This document shows, in pieces, positions 32,550 through 46,900 of a stretch of DNA of 64,000 nucleotides. The stretch lies in assembly GCF_009914755.1 (NCBI RefSeq), contig NC_060928.1. One strand, written 5' to 3'. The DNA comes from the human T2T-CHM13v2.0 reference genome, Homo sapiens. The first letter of the stretch is position 1; each line of letters starts with the position of its first letter. Both the position numbers and the translations under genes were made by a program. The notes beneath the pieces are model-generated. The model saw only the letters and a list, made by a program, of their open reading frames with translations, made no database searches and was not told where the DNA came from.

Positions 32550-35500
32550 TACTTTTCAGTTAAATGTAATCCATTTAATTCTGGCTTACGGGTTGGTATT
32601 TTGAGAGTTTGGTTCATATGGATCTGTCATTGAGAAACTGATCACTGTTTAATGTACTGTTGAAATCAGATTTTGAGTCATCCCAGCAAAAGGCCACATT
32701 CAAGTGGTGAATTTCTGAAGGCAAATATCAACTTTTGAAGTTTCTTGGCAGTGGGCCTGCTGATGGCCTCCACAAGGCTGTACATTTCTGTTCAGACTTC
32801 TACCTTTTGCAAATATGTTTTATTCTTCACAACACAGCATTTAATTTAATAAGATTTTGTTTCTTTCTTGTTTCACAAGCATAGATATCTCCGGCTAGTT
32901 AAAAGGTTCGCTGAGGCAGAGACTATGTTAATGCTTCTACTGTGTAACTCAGGCTTCTTTAGTAGTGGATATTCAATAAGCACGTATTAAGTCTGTGACT
33001 ATAGGAAAGTAAATGTTCACATAATCTAACTGCTGCACAATGAAACAGAGAGAATAAACTTTAACTTTGCACCAATCTTAAAATATTTGAGGAACATAAA
33101 TGCCTGTTTGCAAACAGTTTTGGAATGGAGTTATGTGCTGTAAACCACATACTTTATTGTCAAAATCATCAAATAAGAGTAAATTGTTTATGTGATTAAA
33201 CTTACATTACTTAATAATTTACACTCTTTAACAAGGTGTTATTTTTATTTAGTTTTATGATGAACAGGAAAGACAGTAACTTTTTCGTTTTGCCTAGCAA
33301 ATAATTTAACAGCTAATAGAAAAAGTGATAATTTTATTCTTATATAATAGCATATCTTAGAGCAAAGGTGTGAATACTATCTCTACAATTTACTTGCTCT
33401 TTAAACTTAGATAATTTTTATATCCTCTTTCAGCCTGTAAGTAAGCTTCCTTGTAAAATAGGGAATAATGATACCTACTCCTTGAAGGACTGCTGTAAAG
33501 ATTAGAGTTGTGGATAACCAACCTAGTTCAAGGCTTGGCAAATAGTAGGAATCAACATATTGTAGCATTTATTACATAACAACTATTTGCTTGGGTTCTC
33601 TACCCAGGATCTCAATAACTTGAGAGCATCAGAAAATGAATGCAGTGCAAATGGCCTGAAACATTGAGAGGTATCTTCTTCCCTCCCTTCTTTCTTCCTT
33701 CCTTACTCTCTACTTCCCTCCTTTATTTCATACCTTCTCTTTTTCCTTCTTTGTATATTACACAGAAAACTTGGAATAGAATTTTGGACCTTCATTTTTA
33801 TCTCTTGGGAAAATCCTCATATTACAGATCTTGAGACATGTAAACAAATATCTGAATCTTGCTAAGTTTTAAAGAGGAGTGTCACAATTTGCAGCATGAT
33901 ATCAAACTATTATAATCACTTTTTTGGATGTTCTTAATCCAGATAAACAGTAGGTAAACTGCTGCAATTTGACATTTTTTTCTCAAAGTACACTAAGATA
34001 ACATACAATGCAGGCCTCATTTCCACTGAGATTAACCCCAATACCTCAGCAAAAACAGTGCCTACCACAATCCCATGAAATAATTTTAGAAGCAATAAAT
34101 TATGACTGGTTCCATTTACACAAATATTTTGATATCATGAACTAGCTTGCTTATTCAAAGTGACAGACTGAGATGGAGAGCTACAGATAGAAAGGTCAAG
34201 AAGTAGACGATGTTTTTGAAGTTAGTGCATGGGGTTTCTGGTGAGATTTCTGGTGAGAAAGGAGTAGGGGGTTAAATCAGCTGCCATATGGGGAGACGAT
34301 CTATGTCTCTCAGCAGACAGAAAGAAAAGCTTACTTGAGATTTGAAAATTTATTCAAACATTTTCAAAGTTCTTGAAACAGCTAAGAGGAATAACTGTTT
34401 TTGGGGAAAAAAATCTCTGGGCACTGAAGTTTCAAAATGCATTATGGGTAATAGAAAGCCCTTTACTACTTCATAACTGTCAGTAGCATGTTGAATCAAA
34501 AGAATAGTGGGTTCCACTGCAATGAGCAATTTTTCATGGTCTTGAGTCATATAGTTAGTCTGAAAATGGCAAAAAAAAAACACAACTGAACAGCTTGATA
34601 GATTTTTAAGCAGTAAAATTTTTGCCATATTATATTTAATTTTTAAAAAGATTCTCAAAGCTCAAAAATATGAAAGAATGGGACTAGGTAAAATGTTATA
34701 TTACTCATTTAGATGAGGTGTGGGATAGGGTCGGAGAGGGCTGCTACAGAAGTGACATTTCCAGAAAATTGATTTTCTTAAACTGATTACAAATAGAGTT
34801 TATCAGCAGTTTAAGCATTTACCATTTAAAACTAATGTCATCACTAATCATCAGAGAAATGCAAATGAAAATCATGAGATAATGAAAATCACCTCACATC
34901 GGTCAGACTGGCAATTATTAAAAAGCACAAAATAATAGACGCTGCGGAGAAAAGGGAACTCCTATTCAATATTGTTGGGAATGTCAATTAGTTCAGCCAA
35001 GCTGAAAATGAATTTTAATCCGAAGGATCATACATAAGTCAACATTTTAAGAAATCTGAATCATATTATTTAAACTTTTATATTTTAAAAGAGCTTTTAT
35101 AAACATTATATGCTTGGATGAAGGCAAAAAAAAATGTTAGTGTCTCTGTATATTTGTGGATAATCCTGGGAACCAGATCTTCTAGTGCTAGAAGGGATTT
35201 GAATCTTCATCTGGAAGTCAACCCCTTTCTTTTAACCCAATAACCCAATCTCACTATATTTTAAGAATAACCCAATCCCATTATATTTTAAAAATCCTAT
35301 TATATTTTAAGCACACAATGACAAAATAGGCAAAGTAATTTAACCAGGGCCATATTCCTAGTAGTAAGTGATAGAACTGAACTGGAAACATCACACGCCA
35401 GTGTTTTTACCAGTCAGTTTAACTCCCTCATGTAAATATGCTGCCAATTTGTCCTACCAAAAAATCTAAGCAATCAGTATGGCACCTGGAGAAAATCTCT

Positions 35501-36877
35501 TCATTTTCCAAACTAGTAATCCCAATACTTTGTGTACTGAAAAATGCATTCAGGATTTTACCTTGATGCATGAAGAACAATCTTCTCTCCTCAGAGTCTC
35601 CTGTGGGATTTTAATTACTGGGAACAGGAACATAAACCTCGGTGTACTGATAACCTAAACATGTTATTGATAAAAATTAATGAAGGTATACAGTATTCTA
35701 GGCAAGACCGTATTTCTATATCTACATAAAAAGGAGTATGACATAATCTAGTGCTCTGAACTGGAGTTCACAGAGGACAAGTTTACCCCACAGGAGCAGG
35801 AACCTCTGGTCTCCTCCTTCATTTCCCACCTTTGCATGAATATTGGTGAATACAAAGAGGTCTCACCAATTGTTCTTAAGCCAGGGGGTGGGTGATATGA
35901 GCATCTGCCATGACCAACATTCAAGTTTCAGTGAATCGGTAGGCAACTCACAACTATGTAAATCCTGCTTTAGAGCATTGCACTAAATTAAGGTAAGGTT
36001 TTCCCCTTGATTTAACTTAAAAAAGTTACATTTAAATGAGGATCTTTTCATAAATTTTTCTTTACATATTTTAATCTAATAACTTTCTCCTTGATTTCTA
36101 AGAAATAGTCTATATACCAACTGAAAACCCTTATTCTTTTTTCTTTCCAAAAGTTTTGGTTAATGATAATACTTGCCTCTGCCTTCAAAGAATCATCCTC
36201 CTGAGACTCACAGTTATGCTGCCTTACCTACAGTAAACACTGACTAGGATATAATATTCATATCATTTCTTCTGCTGAAAATGAAGGTGTAAGTATGACC
36301 TACATGAAATTGGGAAGGAAGTCCTTACTTCCATTCTGTACCTTCACATGTGAATCAAATGCAATGAAATTGCTTTACATTTAACTTGGAAGGACTTTGT
36401 TAAATGTTAATTTAACCTTTCTTTACTGTATAGGAAAACAATAAATTTTTTTTGTAAAAGATTTTTTTTTAGTCATTGTGACAAAATCCTTAGAGGGGAA
36501 ATAAAATAACAATGAAAAACAATCAATCAGTCAGTTAGGAATAAATTTTAAGTCAGAATCTGCCTGTATTATAAAAGCCTGAAGAGGTAGCCTATTTAAA
36601 GATTGGCTTCTTTAGGAGTGAGGCTGTTCCATAAAGACAGCTGGAACCTGAACAGAATCTAGTACTCCAAGGGTCAAGAATTAACAAGGTCAGGTGAATT
36701 TCAGAAAATGTTATTTGAAAGCTCATATAGGAATATGATATTAATATTTCAATACTGGAGGTATATCTAAACAAAACATTGATGAGGTTGAGACAAGAAA
36801 GGCCAAAACAGAATTATTACAGTGTATTTTTAAATTTATACAGTTAGAAGTACTTTATTTTTAATAATTAGTGTTCT

Positions 36878-37102
<225 letters not shown>

Positions 37103-38483
37103 CTAGCTAGCTAGCCAGATAGTAACATGAATATTTCTTTGGTTCTAGAAATTGTTCATATTTAAGCCATTGTGCCAACTGGAAGACTCAAATAAAAGAC
37201 TGCATCATTATTTCAGTGGTATCAAGGCAATTATGGAAAGTAAGGGCATGACACAAAAAATGGCATTCCAAAATCCCCCAAATGCTCATAGAGCATAAAC
37301 TCTTCTAATTGATGCAAGGAAGTGATCTTTGTGCAATATCAAACAGACAAGCTAGAGAAAGAAAGCTAGAGAAGAGAGGGAGGTGTTGACAATAGAAGAG
37401 GAGAGGATAAGAGGCAGGAAAATAGGTAAAGGGTTAGTGAGACAGTGGTTGAGCCAGACAGGAGGTTGGGAGTTACAGGACACTTTCTTTCTCTACTTGG
37501 AATGTTGATTTTGAACATTTCAAAATATAAAACCAAAACATCTCATTAGCCAAGAGCAGAATCCCTTGATCTCAGACTTGGTCAGATCCCCACCCTCTAT
37601 TTTAAGCCCTCTTGGGAATGATTTTTTTTTTTTAAGTTACAAAAGTAATTGCTACAGAGTCAAAGGACAACAAAGCTATAAATTATGCCACTGGGCTAAC
37701 TACATTCAAAAGAGTTGCTGGAAAGGGCATTGGCAAAATCTTCACTCTAAAGAGAACTTTATTCTGTGTCCAGAAGTGCGCGTAGTAAAAACAGTAACTA
37801 AATTTGAAAGCTGCCTGTCAATGCTTATCTGTCCTAAGCACCAATAGCAGAGATGGTTATTTTTGTACCACCAGCACCTCTTCCTCCTCCTAAAGAAAAA
37901 GGAATGTTTTGCTTTCAGGGGCCATTTCTCCACCAATCATAGGACAACAGTTGGCTCTCAGGGTGGGCATGTAACCCAAATCTTGCCAATCAGAGGAACA
38001 CATATTCCTAGTTCCTGCTATGGCAATTGGCTCACATATGGATACTTGGTCCAAACCAGGCCAATCACAATTCTTCCTAGAGCTTTTGCGGAAAACTTTT
38101 TGTCTCTTTCAAAGATCATTTAAGTGCTAAATACCTTGACACTTTCATGACTTTCTCTGCTATCTTATGAGGACAGCCTGATAGAGAATGAAGTCAACTA
38201 GTAGAATGCAAATCTATACAGGCAGAGAAAAATCAACAGAGAAATCAACAGAGGCAGAGAAAAATACCAAAAGAGATTTGATGGCATCATTTTAGATACT
38301 AAATAAAGTCTATGCCTAAAATCTTCAGTATCATAATCTAAACATTTCCTTTTTTACTAGTTACAATCACTTGCTGATATGATTTGGCTGTGTTCCCACC
38401 CAAATATCATCCTGAATTTTAGTTCCCATAATCTCCATATGTTGTGAGAGGGAACAGGTGGAAGGTAATTGAATCACTGGGGC

Positions 38484-38933
38484 TGTTGGGGTGATCAGAC
38501 CCAACACCAGGCCATGGGGGCTACAAAGTCCGGAGGAGTCAAAGGAATGAGAAAAGACAAGTTAAGAGATAAAGTGGGACCAGGGGGCCAATGCTAGTAT
38601 GGAAGCTGCGAAGGCCCTGAGCTCTGGAAGCCCATGCTATTTATTGGTGATCAAACAAAGAAACAGATGGTGAGGATGTGGGGGTTGAAAGGAAGCGGTG
38701 TATTAAGCGACTGAGCTAAAGCTGTGACGGTTTAACATTTTCTTTGAAACATATGGCTACTTGAGATAATGGCAGTGCTAGAAGCAAGGAGCCAGCAAGT
38801 CTAGACACATTCCAAAGGCCACAAGAGGTTTTAGACCCTGGACCCCAGACATGTTCCAAGACTCTTTTACATTATGTCAGATATGCAAGCCCTGCCTCAG
38901 CTTCTCTCCCAACACTCAGCTTTTCTCCCAACA
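38484..38933 (-). mobile_element. HERV-K(HML-6) solo LTR, LTR3A-like, nested in the THE1 5'LTR
   Basis: Minus strand starts tgttgggagaaaagctgagtgttgggagagaagctgaggc and ends gatcaccccaaca; perfect 6-bp TSD tggggc. Confidence 0.85.
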
Positions 38934-41150
38934 TGGGGCAGTTACCCTCATGCTGTTCTTGTGATAGTGAGTTCTCACAAGATCTGATGCTTTTATAAGG
39001 GGCTTTTTCCCCTTTTGCTAGGCACTTCTTCCTGCCCCCATGTGAAGAAGGATGTGTTTGCTTCCCCTTCCACCATGATTGTAAGTTTCCTGAGTCCTCC
39101 CCAGCCCTGCTGAACTGTGAGCCAATTAAACTTCTTTCCTTTATAAATTACCCAGTCTTGGGCAGTTCTTTACAGCCGCGTGAGAATGGACTAATACAGT
39201 AAATTGGTACTGGGAGTAGTGGGGTGCTGCTGTAAAGATACCCAAATATGTGGAACCAATTTCGGAACTGGGTAACAGGCAGAAACTGGAACCATTTGGA
39301 GGGATCAGAAGAAGACAGGAAAATATGGGAAAGTTTGAAACTTCCTCGAGACTTGGAGGGCTCAGAAGACAGGAAGATTTGGGAAAGTGTGGAAATTCTT
39401 AAAGACTTGTTGAACGGCTTTGACCAAAATGTTGATAGTGATATGCACAATGAGGTCGAGGCAGAGGTGGTCTCAGATGGAGATAAGGAACTTGTTGGGA
39501 ACTGGATTAAAGGTCACTCTTGCTATACTTTAGGAAAGAGACTGGCGGTTTTTTGCTCCTGCCCTAGAGATGTGTGGAACTTTGAACTTGAGAGAGATTA
39601 TGTAGAGTATCTGGTGGAAAACATTTCTAAGCAGCAAAGCATTCAAGAGGTGACAGAGCATAAGAGTTTGGAAAATTTGCAGCCTGACAATGCAGTAGAA
39701 AAGAAAAACCTACTTTCTGAAGAGAAATTCAAGCCAGCTACAGCAATTTGCATAAGTAACAAGGAGCCAAATGCTAATCACCAAGACAATGGGAAAAATG
39801 TCTCCAGGGAATGTCACAGACCTTCGCAGCAGCCCTCCCATCACAGGCATGGAGGCCTAGGAGGGAAAAATGGTTTTATGGGTCAGGCCCAGGGTCTCCA
39901 TGCTGTGTGCAGCCTAGGGACTTAGTGCCCTGAATCCCAGCAGCTCCAGCCATGGCTAAAAGGGGTAAAGGTACAGCTCAGGCTGTTGCTTTAGAGAGTG
40001 TAAGCCCCAAGCCTTGGTAGCTTCTATGTAGTGTTGGTCCTGTGGGTGCACAGAAAACAAGAATTGAGGTTTGGGAATCTCCACTTAGACTTTAGAGGAT
40101 CTATGGAAACACTGGTATCTCCAGGCAGAAGTCTCCTGCAGGGGTGGAGCCCTCATGGAGAACCTTTGCTAGGGCAATGCAGAAGGGAAATGTGGAGTTG
40201 AATCCCCTACAGAAAGTCCCCACTGGGGCACTGCCTAGTGGAGCTGTGAGAAGAGGGCCACTGTCCTCCAGACCCCAGAATTGTAGGTCCATCAACAGCT
40301 TGCACTGTGCACCTGGAAAAGCCACAGAAACTCAATGCTAGCCTTTGAGAGCAGCTGAGAGTGGGGCTGTACCCTGCAAAGCCACAGGGGCAGAGCTGCC
40401 CAAGGCCATGCGAGTTCACGTCTTGCATCAGCATGATCGGAAAGTGAGACATGGACTCAAAGGGGTTCATTTTGGAACTTTACGATTTGACTGCCCCACG
40501 GGATTTTGGACTTACATGTTATATTACATGTTACATGCTATAGCCCCTATGTTTAAGCCAATTTCTCCCATTTGGAATGGGTGTATTTAATCAATGCCTG
40601 TACCCCCATTGTATCTAGGAAGTAACTAACTTGCTTTTGATTTTACAGGCTCATAGGCAGAAGGGACTTGCCTTGTCTCAAATGAGACTTTGGACTTGGA
40701 CTTTTGGGTTAATACTTGAAAGAGTTAAGATTTTGGGGGACTGTTGGAAAGTGATGACTGTGTTTTGAAATGTGAGGACATGAGATTTGGGAGGGGGGCT
40801 GGGGAGGAATGATATAATTTGGCTGTGTCCTCACCCAAATCACATCTTGAATTGTAGTTCCCATAATCCCCACACGTCATGGGAGTGACCGGATGGGAGG
40901 TAATTGGATCATGGGGGTGGTTGCCCTCATGCTGTTCTCATGATAGTGAGTGGGTTATCACAAGATCTGATGGTTTTATAAGGGGCTTCTCCTTCTTTTG
41001 CTCAGCACTTCTCCTTCCTGCTGACATGTGAAGAAGGATGTGTTTGCTTCCCCTTCCACCATGATTGTAAGTTTCCTGAAGCCTCTCCAGCCCTGTGGAA
41101 CTGAGTAAATTAAACCTTTTTCCTTTACAAATTACCCAGTCTCAGGCAGT

Positions 41151-41451
<301 letters not shown>

Positions 41452-42700
41452 CTCAGGCAGTTCACTATAGCACCATGAGAATGGACTAATACACTAGCTA
41501 ACTATCTGTGGTCATTTGATAAAAGAGTCTTAAATTAACACTTCCTTGTATGAATCCCTATATGTTTCAATGTAAGCCTTTACCTATTCAGGAAACTTAT
41601 TTTATTATGGCATATCTCTAGCAGAATGGTATGATTATTTCTAGATCTGATGCAATATTGGTGTCTCCTCTTCTCAGGTCCCATGTAAAATTTCCCTGTT
41701 CAACACGAAGAAAAAAGAGAAAGGCCATCTCTTCTATAACAGAATGGACATTTAACACTCTAAGTTATTCTTTGGTTTGTCTTCAGTATAAATGTTTATA
41801 ATGTCAATAATATTGAAATTGGTCATTTTGTTTCTCCCACAGCTTGTGCTCTGGGGCAAAAGATAATATATCTTTCAAATAAAAAGCACTGGGACGATTT
41901 AAAGGTTTTCTTTGCACACAAGTGCACAGGCAACCCTATTCCCATTCCTACCCAGACCGATAACAAAGAAAAAAGTAGTGGTAATAGAGCAACATGCTTT
42001 CTATTAATCCATCAAGCAGAAAAAAAAAAATTAGCCAAGCTCTAAGTCTGAGAAAATATATACCTCTAAAGTTTTGTGTTTGAGAAATAACAAAATATCT
42101 CCAACTAAAACATAACAAAATCCCTCCAAGGAGGGATTGCCTTCAATCCCTCCTTCAACATACTCTGCATGCTTCTATCAGCATTCTCTTCCTAAAATAT
42201 AGACCAGTACATGACCCTGTTCTGCAACAAAACCATTTCTTCTGATAGCCTAAAAAGGGAAGTTCAAATCTCTCAGCTTAGTAGTCAAGGTTCTTCACAA
42301 TTTGATCCTCTCTACCATTACACACCCACCACTTACCACACCTCCAAGGCATCTCAGGCTCCAGAGAAACACATTGTTCTCAAATTATTTTCTCTATCTC
42401 CAGTCTAACACTATTTGTAGTTCTCATTTATCTGTAACCCACCTGTTATTTTATTTTCAGTAACTGTTCGTGAGTGTCCATTAGGTACTAGTCAGCTACT
42501 GATGTCTTGCCTATTCTTCAAGGCCCAATATACATTACATTCCCATATATCTCCTCATTATGACTAATCTTTCTATGCTTCAATACTTAGATTACTTCTT
42601 ATTTAAAGCCACAGCACTGTAGCAGACACTATGTTTGCCTACACAACTACAACACACCCTCCTCTTCTTCCTTAAAGCTTTGGTGATTTGTTTAGGTCAC

Positions 42701-43050
42701 TGGTATGGTTCGAATGTTTGTGTCCTTGCAAAACTCATATGTGAAATCCTAACCCCTAAGGTGATGGTATTTGAAGGTAGGGTATTTGGGAGATGATTAG
42801 GTCATGAACGGGATCAGCAGTCTTATAGAAGAGGCCCACAAGAGATCCCTCACCCATTTAACAATGGGAAGACACAGAGAGAAGACAGTCATCTTTGAAC
42901 CAGGAAGCTGGTCCTCCATCGCCAGATACACAATCTGCTGGTGCCTTGATCTTGGCCTTCCCAGCATCCAGAACTGTGAGAAATAAAATTCTGTGCTTTA
43001 TAAGCCACCCAGTTTATGGTTTGTTACAGCAGTCCAAACAGGATGAGACA
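42701..43050 (+). mobile_element. MLT1A-like MaLR solo LTR
   Basis: tggtatggttcgaatgtttgtgtcc...ccagaactgtgagaaataaa...gagaca; TSD gtcac/gtaac. Confidence 0.85.
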
Positions 43051-43379
43051 GTAACCACCATGCATGTGCTCCAGCACAGATGGGCTCCTAAAGCAAGTCT
43101 TGGGGATATGTAACGAACACTTTAAGCTAATCTGCTTCCCCTTCCCCTTGCCAGCGGCTGAGGTAGGCATACCACAGAAAGGAACCATAGCATCTTCCAC
43201 AACACCGGGCAACTGTTCTTAGCTGACTTTATAGTAGGGTTCCCACAACATATCTTAAAGAGGTACTGAATTTTTTGTTTGTTTGTTTATCCTGTCTTTT
43301 TCCTGCCATCATGAACAAGACTGAAATTGTGAATTACAGTCCAAAACCCAGTTACATATTCTCAGGAGTGGTAGTAACT

Positions 43380-43850
43380 GTGGTGAGAACCAAAACCAGC
43401 TTGGACAATAAGGACCAAAACCACCTACCCTCCCCAGTTCACTGTTTACAGTAACTTATCTATTTTATTGTCTTCAGTAGACTCCAGGAGATTCTTGCCA
43501 AGGACAATAACTTTACTGTTCATTATAGGAACTTCCCAAAAGAACTGTTAACTCCTTCAACTGAAGCATCAATAGTTTACTACCTAATACTACTGAACTC
43601 CTGTCCTCAAAATCCTTGCCTTGCTATTTCTGCTTCTTCTAAACTATTATATCCTGATTCTTGCCCAGTCCTAATCAAGTCCCCACACTGAAAAATTCAT
43701 CTTAGACCAAACTCCAAATTAACAAAATCTAGTTTAGCTTTTCTTCCTCCAATTCACTATTAAATCTGTCAATGTAAAATTTTCCATCACCACAGAAAGC
43801 AAATAAACTCAGCTCTGTTTTCTCAACATAGTGTCATGGTGTCTTAGAAG
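43380..43850 (+). mobile_element. Old ERV1 LTR (MER31-like)
   Basis: aataaactcagctctgttttctcaaca at the 3' end; family assignment tentative. Confidence 0.4.
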
Positions 43851-43919
43851 CTAGCATTTAGTTAGTTAAATTGTTCTCAGTTATATTATTTGGCATAGGG
43901 CAAACATTGATTGGCTTTA

Positions 43920-46900
43920 GATATTTTTAAGTTCAGTGTGCACTTCTAAAGTAGTCATTCAAAATAGAAATTGATGTACAGTCTAAATTAGTAGAAAAGA
44001 AAAATGGAATAAGAAAACAAGCTAAATGAATGCAAGACAGGAAACTGAAGCAACAGAAAATGAGTACAAAAGAAGTAATAGAATAGAATCCAAAATATCC
44101 ATACAAACAATCCACGTACTAGATTAAATTCCACAGTGAAAATATGAAGATTTCTTTGGAATTTTTTTAATGCTACTCATGTTCCTTTCTAGAGAGACAA
44201 CTATAACATACACAGACACACATACTAACATGACTGGACACATACAAACAAGGACATAAGAAAGTTGAAAGTAAAAGAATGGAAAGAATGCCGGACAAAA
44301 ATAACCAAAATTACTTGATTTGCTACATTAACATTAGGCGTAATATACTTCTTGAGGCTAAAACAAAAGATTAGTAACAATAAAGAATATTACATTTCTG
44401 AAATTGTATGCATCAACTAACATAATTTTAAATGATATAAAGCTTTCAACAGACCAACAAGGTGAAATTTGCAAATATATGTAACCTCTATTAAAATAAT
44501 TTAATGCAACTGTCTCAGAAATTGATGTATCACAAAGAAAATATCAGAAAAGATACAGATGCTGTGCACAACTGCAAAAATTGATGTAATAGGAACATAA
44601 ATACACTACTGCAAAAACATGCATTCTTTGAACAAAGAATATTTGAAAAAACTAAATATCTGAAGCAAATGAAGCAATTATTAAATTTCAAACAACTTAA
44701 TTCTTTATTCAAAACACAACTTAGAAATCTGTAACTGCATTTTAAAAACTCATATATATATGAAAATTTAAAAATTGCTTCTATATAATCTATGCTTTAA
44801 AAGAAGAGAACAATAGATATTGTAAAAATCTTGAACTGGACCGAAAATAAAATACCACATTATCAAAATTGGCAGGGCGCCTCTACACAATATCTATAAA
44901 GAAATTATTAAGTTTATATGAACAATTTAAAAATAAAACAATTAAAATAACATTCAACTTCAGAAGTTAGAAAGTACTTCATAACAGAAGAGAACAAAGG
45001 ACATAATGAATGTAAGAAAATAAATTAAAAATATATATATATACAGAGAGAGAAGCTAGCCATGTGGAGAAAGAGTTGTGCTTTGTGGAAAATTATTCAT
45101 AATTTCTGCTTTGAATAATTCCCTCCTGGCTATCTAATTCCAATTCTGTCGGAGCTCAGCACCTTTTATTGCCTTTGAACTATTTTACAACTCAGTAAGG
45201 TATAAATGATTTATATCAAATAAAAATAATTATTGTCTATAGACATATAAATAAACTATGTCCAGTGGAAGTTTAATGGAGTTCTCTCCCTTACTGTGGA
45301 AGAGGCCAATTTTGCCTCCATTTGCACATTTATTTCTATATTCCCAATCTATAATTGTGTCTGTTCTTTGAATTGTTATTAAACTGGTTATAACATCTGA
45401 TTGACCACTTTATTAGTAAGTTAAATAAAACATTTAATATGTGTTTACTTAATATCTACAGAGAAGTCAAATTTTACCTTTTGAAAACATTATTCTTTAA
45501 CAGTCATAACAGAGCCAAAATTTGTTTCTTTGAAAGAACAATGAATAAACCAAATCATAGGCAAGACTAAGTGAGGAAACAGAAAAGCAAAGCAAAATGA
45601 AGAGGAGGGAGCACAAAACAATATTAGTAATAAAACAAAAGACATAAAGATGCAGCAGAAATTAAAATCTAATAAGGACACATTGTGAAAATACTAATGA
45701 CAATAAAACTGAAAACTTCAAAAAAATGCCTAGAAAACATAAAATGAATAACTGTCTTTAAAAGTGGACTCATAAATGGATGCTAAAAAAATTGGGTGAT
45801 AGACTGCCACAGAACAAGATTTGCATGTTTTTGAAGTATATCCCCATAAATCACATTAATTACAATGTGGAAAAACAAAGCACATCCACAACAGAGAAAT
45901 CTGGTGGATAGTCATCAAACTCATGTCACTGATAATGCAAGAAAGTGACATTATAAGCAATCAGAAATACTTACAAAGAGCATTCTGGCCAATATATTTA
46001 AGCAGGACCTAATTATGAAGAAATATGCAGATAAATTAATATTGAGAGATCTAATTATGAAGAAATATTCAGATAAATTAATATTGAGAGACAGTCTGTA
46101 GAATGGTCAGGAATTGTTCAAAATTCCTGACCAATGTCATGAAAGGTAAGAAAAGACAAGAAGACTCTTCCAGACTAAAGAAGACGAAAGAGTTACAATA
46201 ACCAAATGCAATTATAATGTTTTATTAGATCAAAAAGATGAAAAAATGATTAAAAAACATTTGGGGATGATGGGAAACACTGGGTAAGAGTTTCATATTA
46301 ATGTTAAATTTATTTCACTTGATACTGCTACTAATGTTCGATGGGAAATATCCTTGTTCTTAAACAACACACAGTGGGTACAAAGTGTCATAATGTTGGC
46401 AGCTTACTTTTAAATCCAAAAGAAAAGAATAATAAAGATATTTTCCCTAAGGGGAAAATGCCTCTTAGCAAAATAAAAACGAAGGAAAGCACTTCAAATG
46501 AAAAAGTAAATTGAAGGAAAACAAAACATAAACCTTCATCAACCATCATACTCAATATTGACATGTTAAGAGCAAATCCTTTAGTCCCAACGGCTGCAGA
46601 CAGAACAATTTCAGCAAGAAAGTTAATAATGATAGATTTTGCTTATAACACAAATAATAAAATAAATATTATTAATTTTTACTAATATAAATGACAGAAG
46701 GAAGAAATGAAAAAAGGAAGGACAGACAAACCTTCTTTGCTGAAGAATTCCAAATAATATATGCATATACCCTTTAGGAGGTGGAGTGTAATCAGTATCT
46801 CCTTGAGTGTGGGCTAGAATTAGCTACATACATCCAAATAATAGAATATGAAAGAAAAATATATTACCGTAGCAGAGCAGAAGCCCAGCAGATACCACCA

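Noticed and set aside
39248-39925. 225-aa ORF as a novel gene
   Set aside because: It lies in THE1 internal sequence, where such ORF remnants are common; there is no independent sign of a gene.
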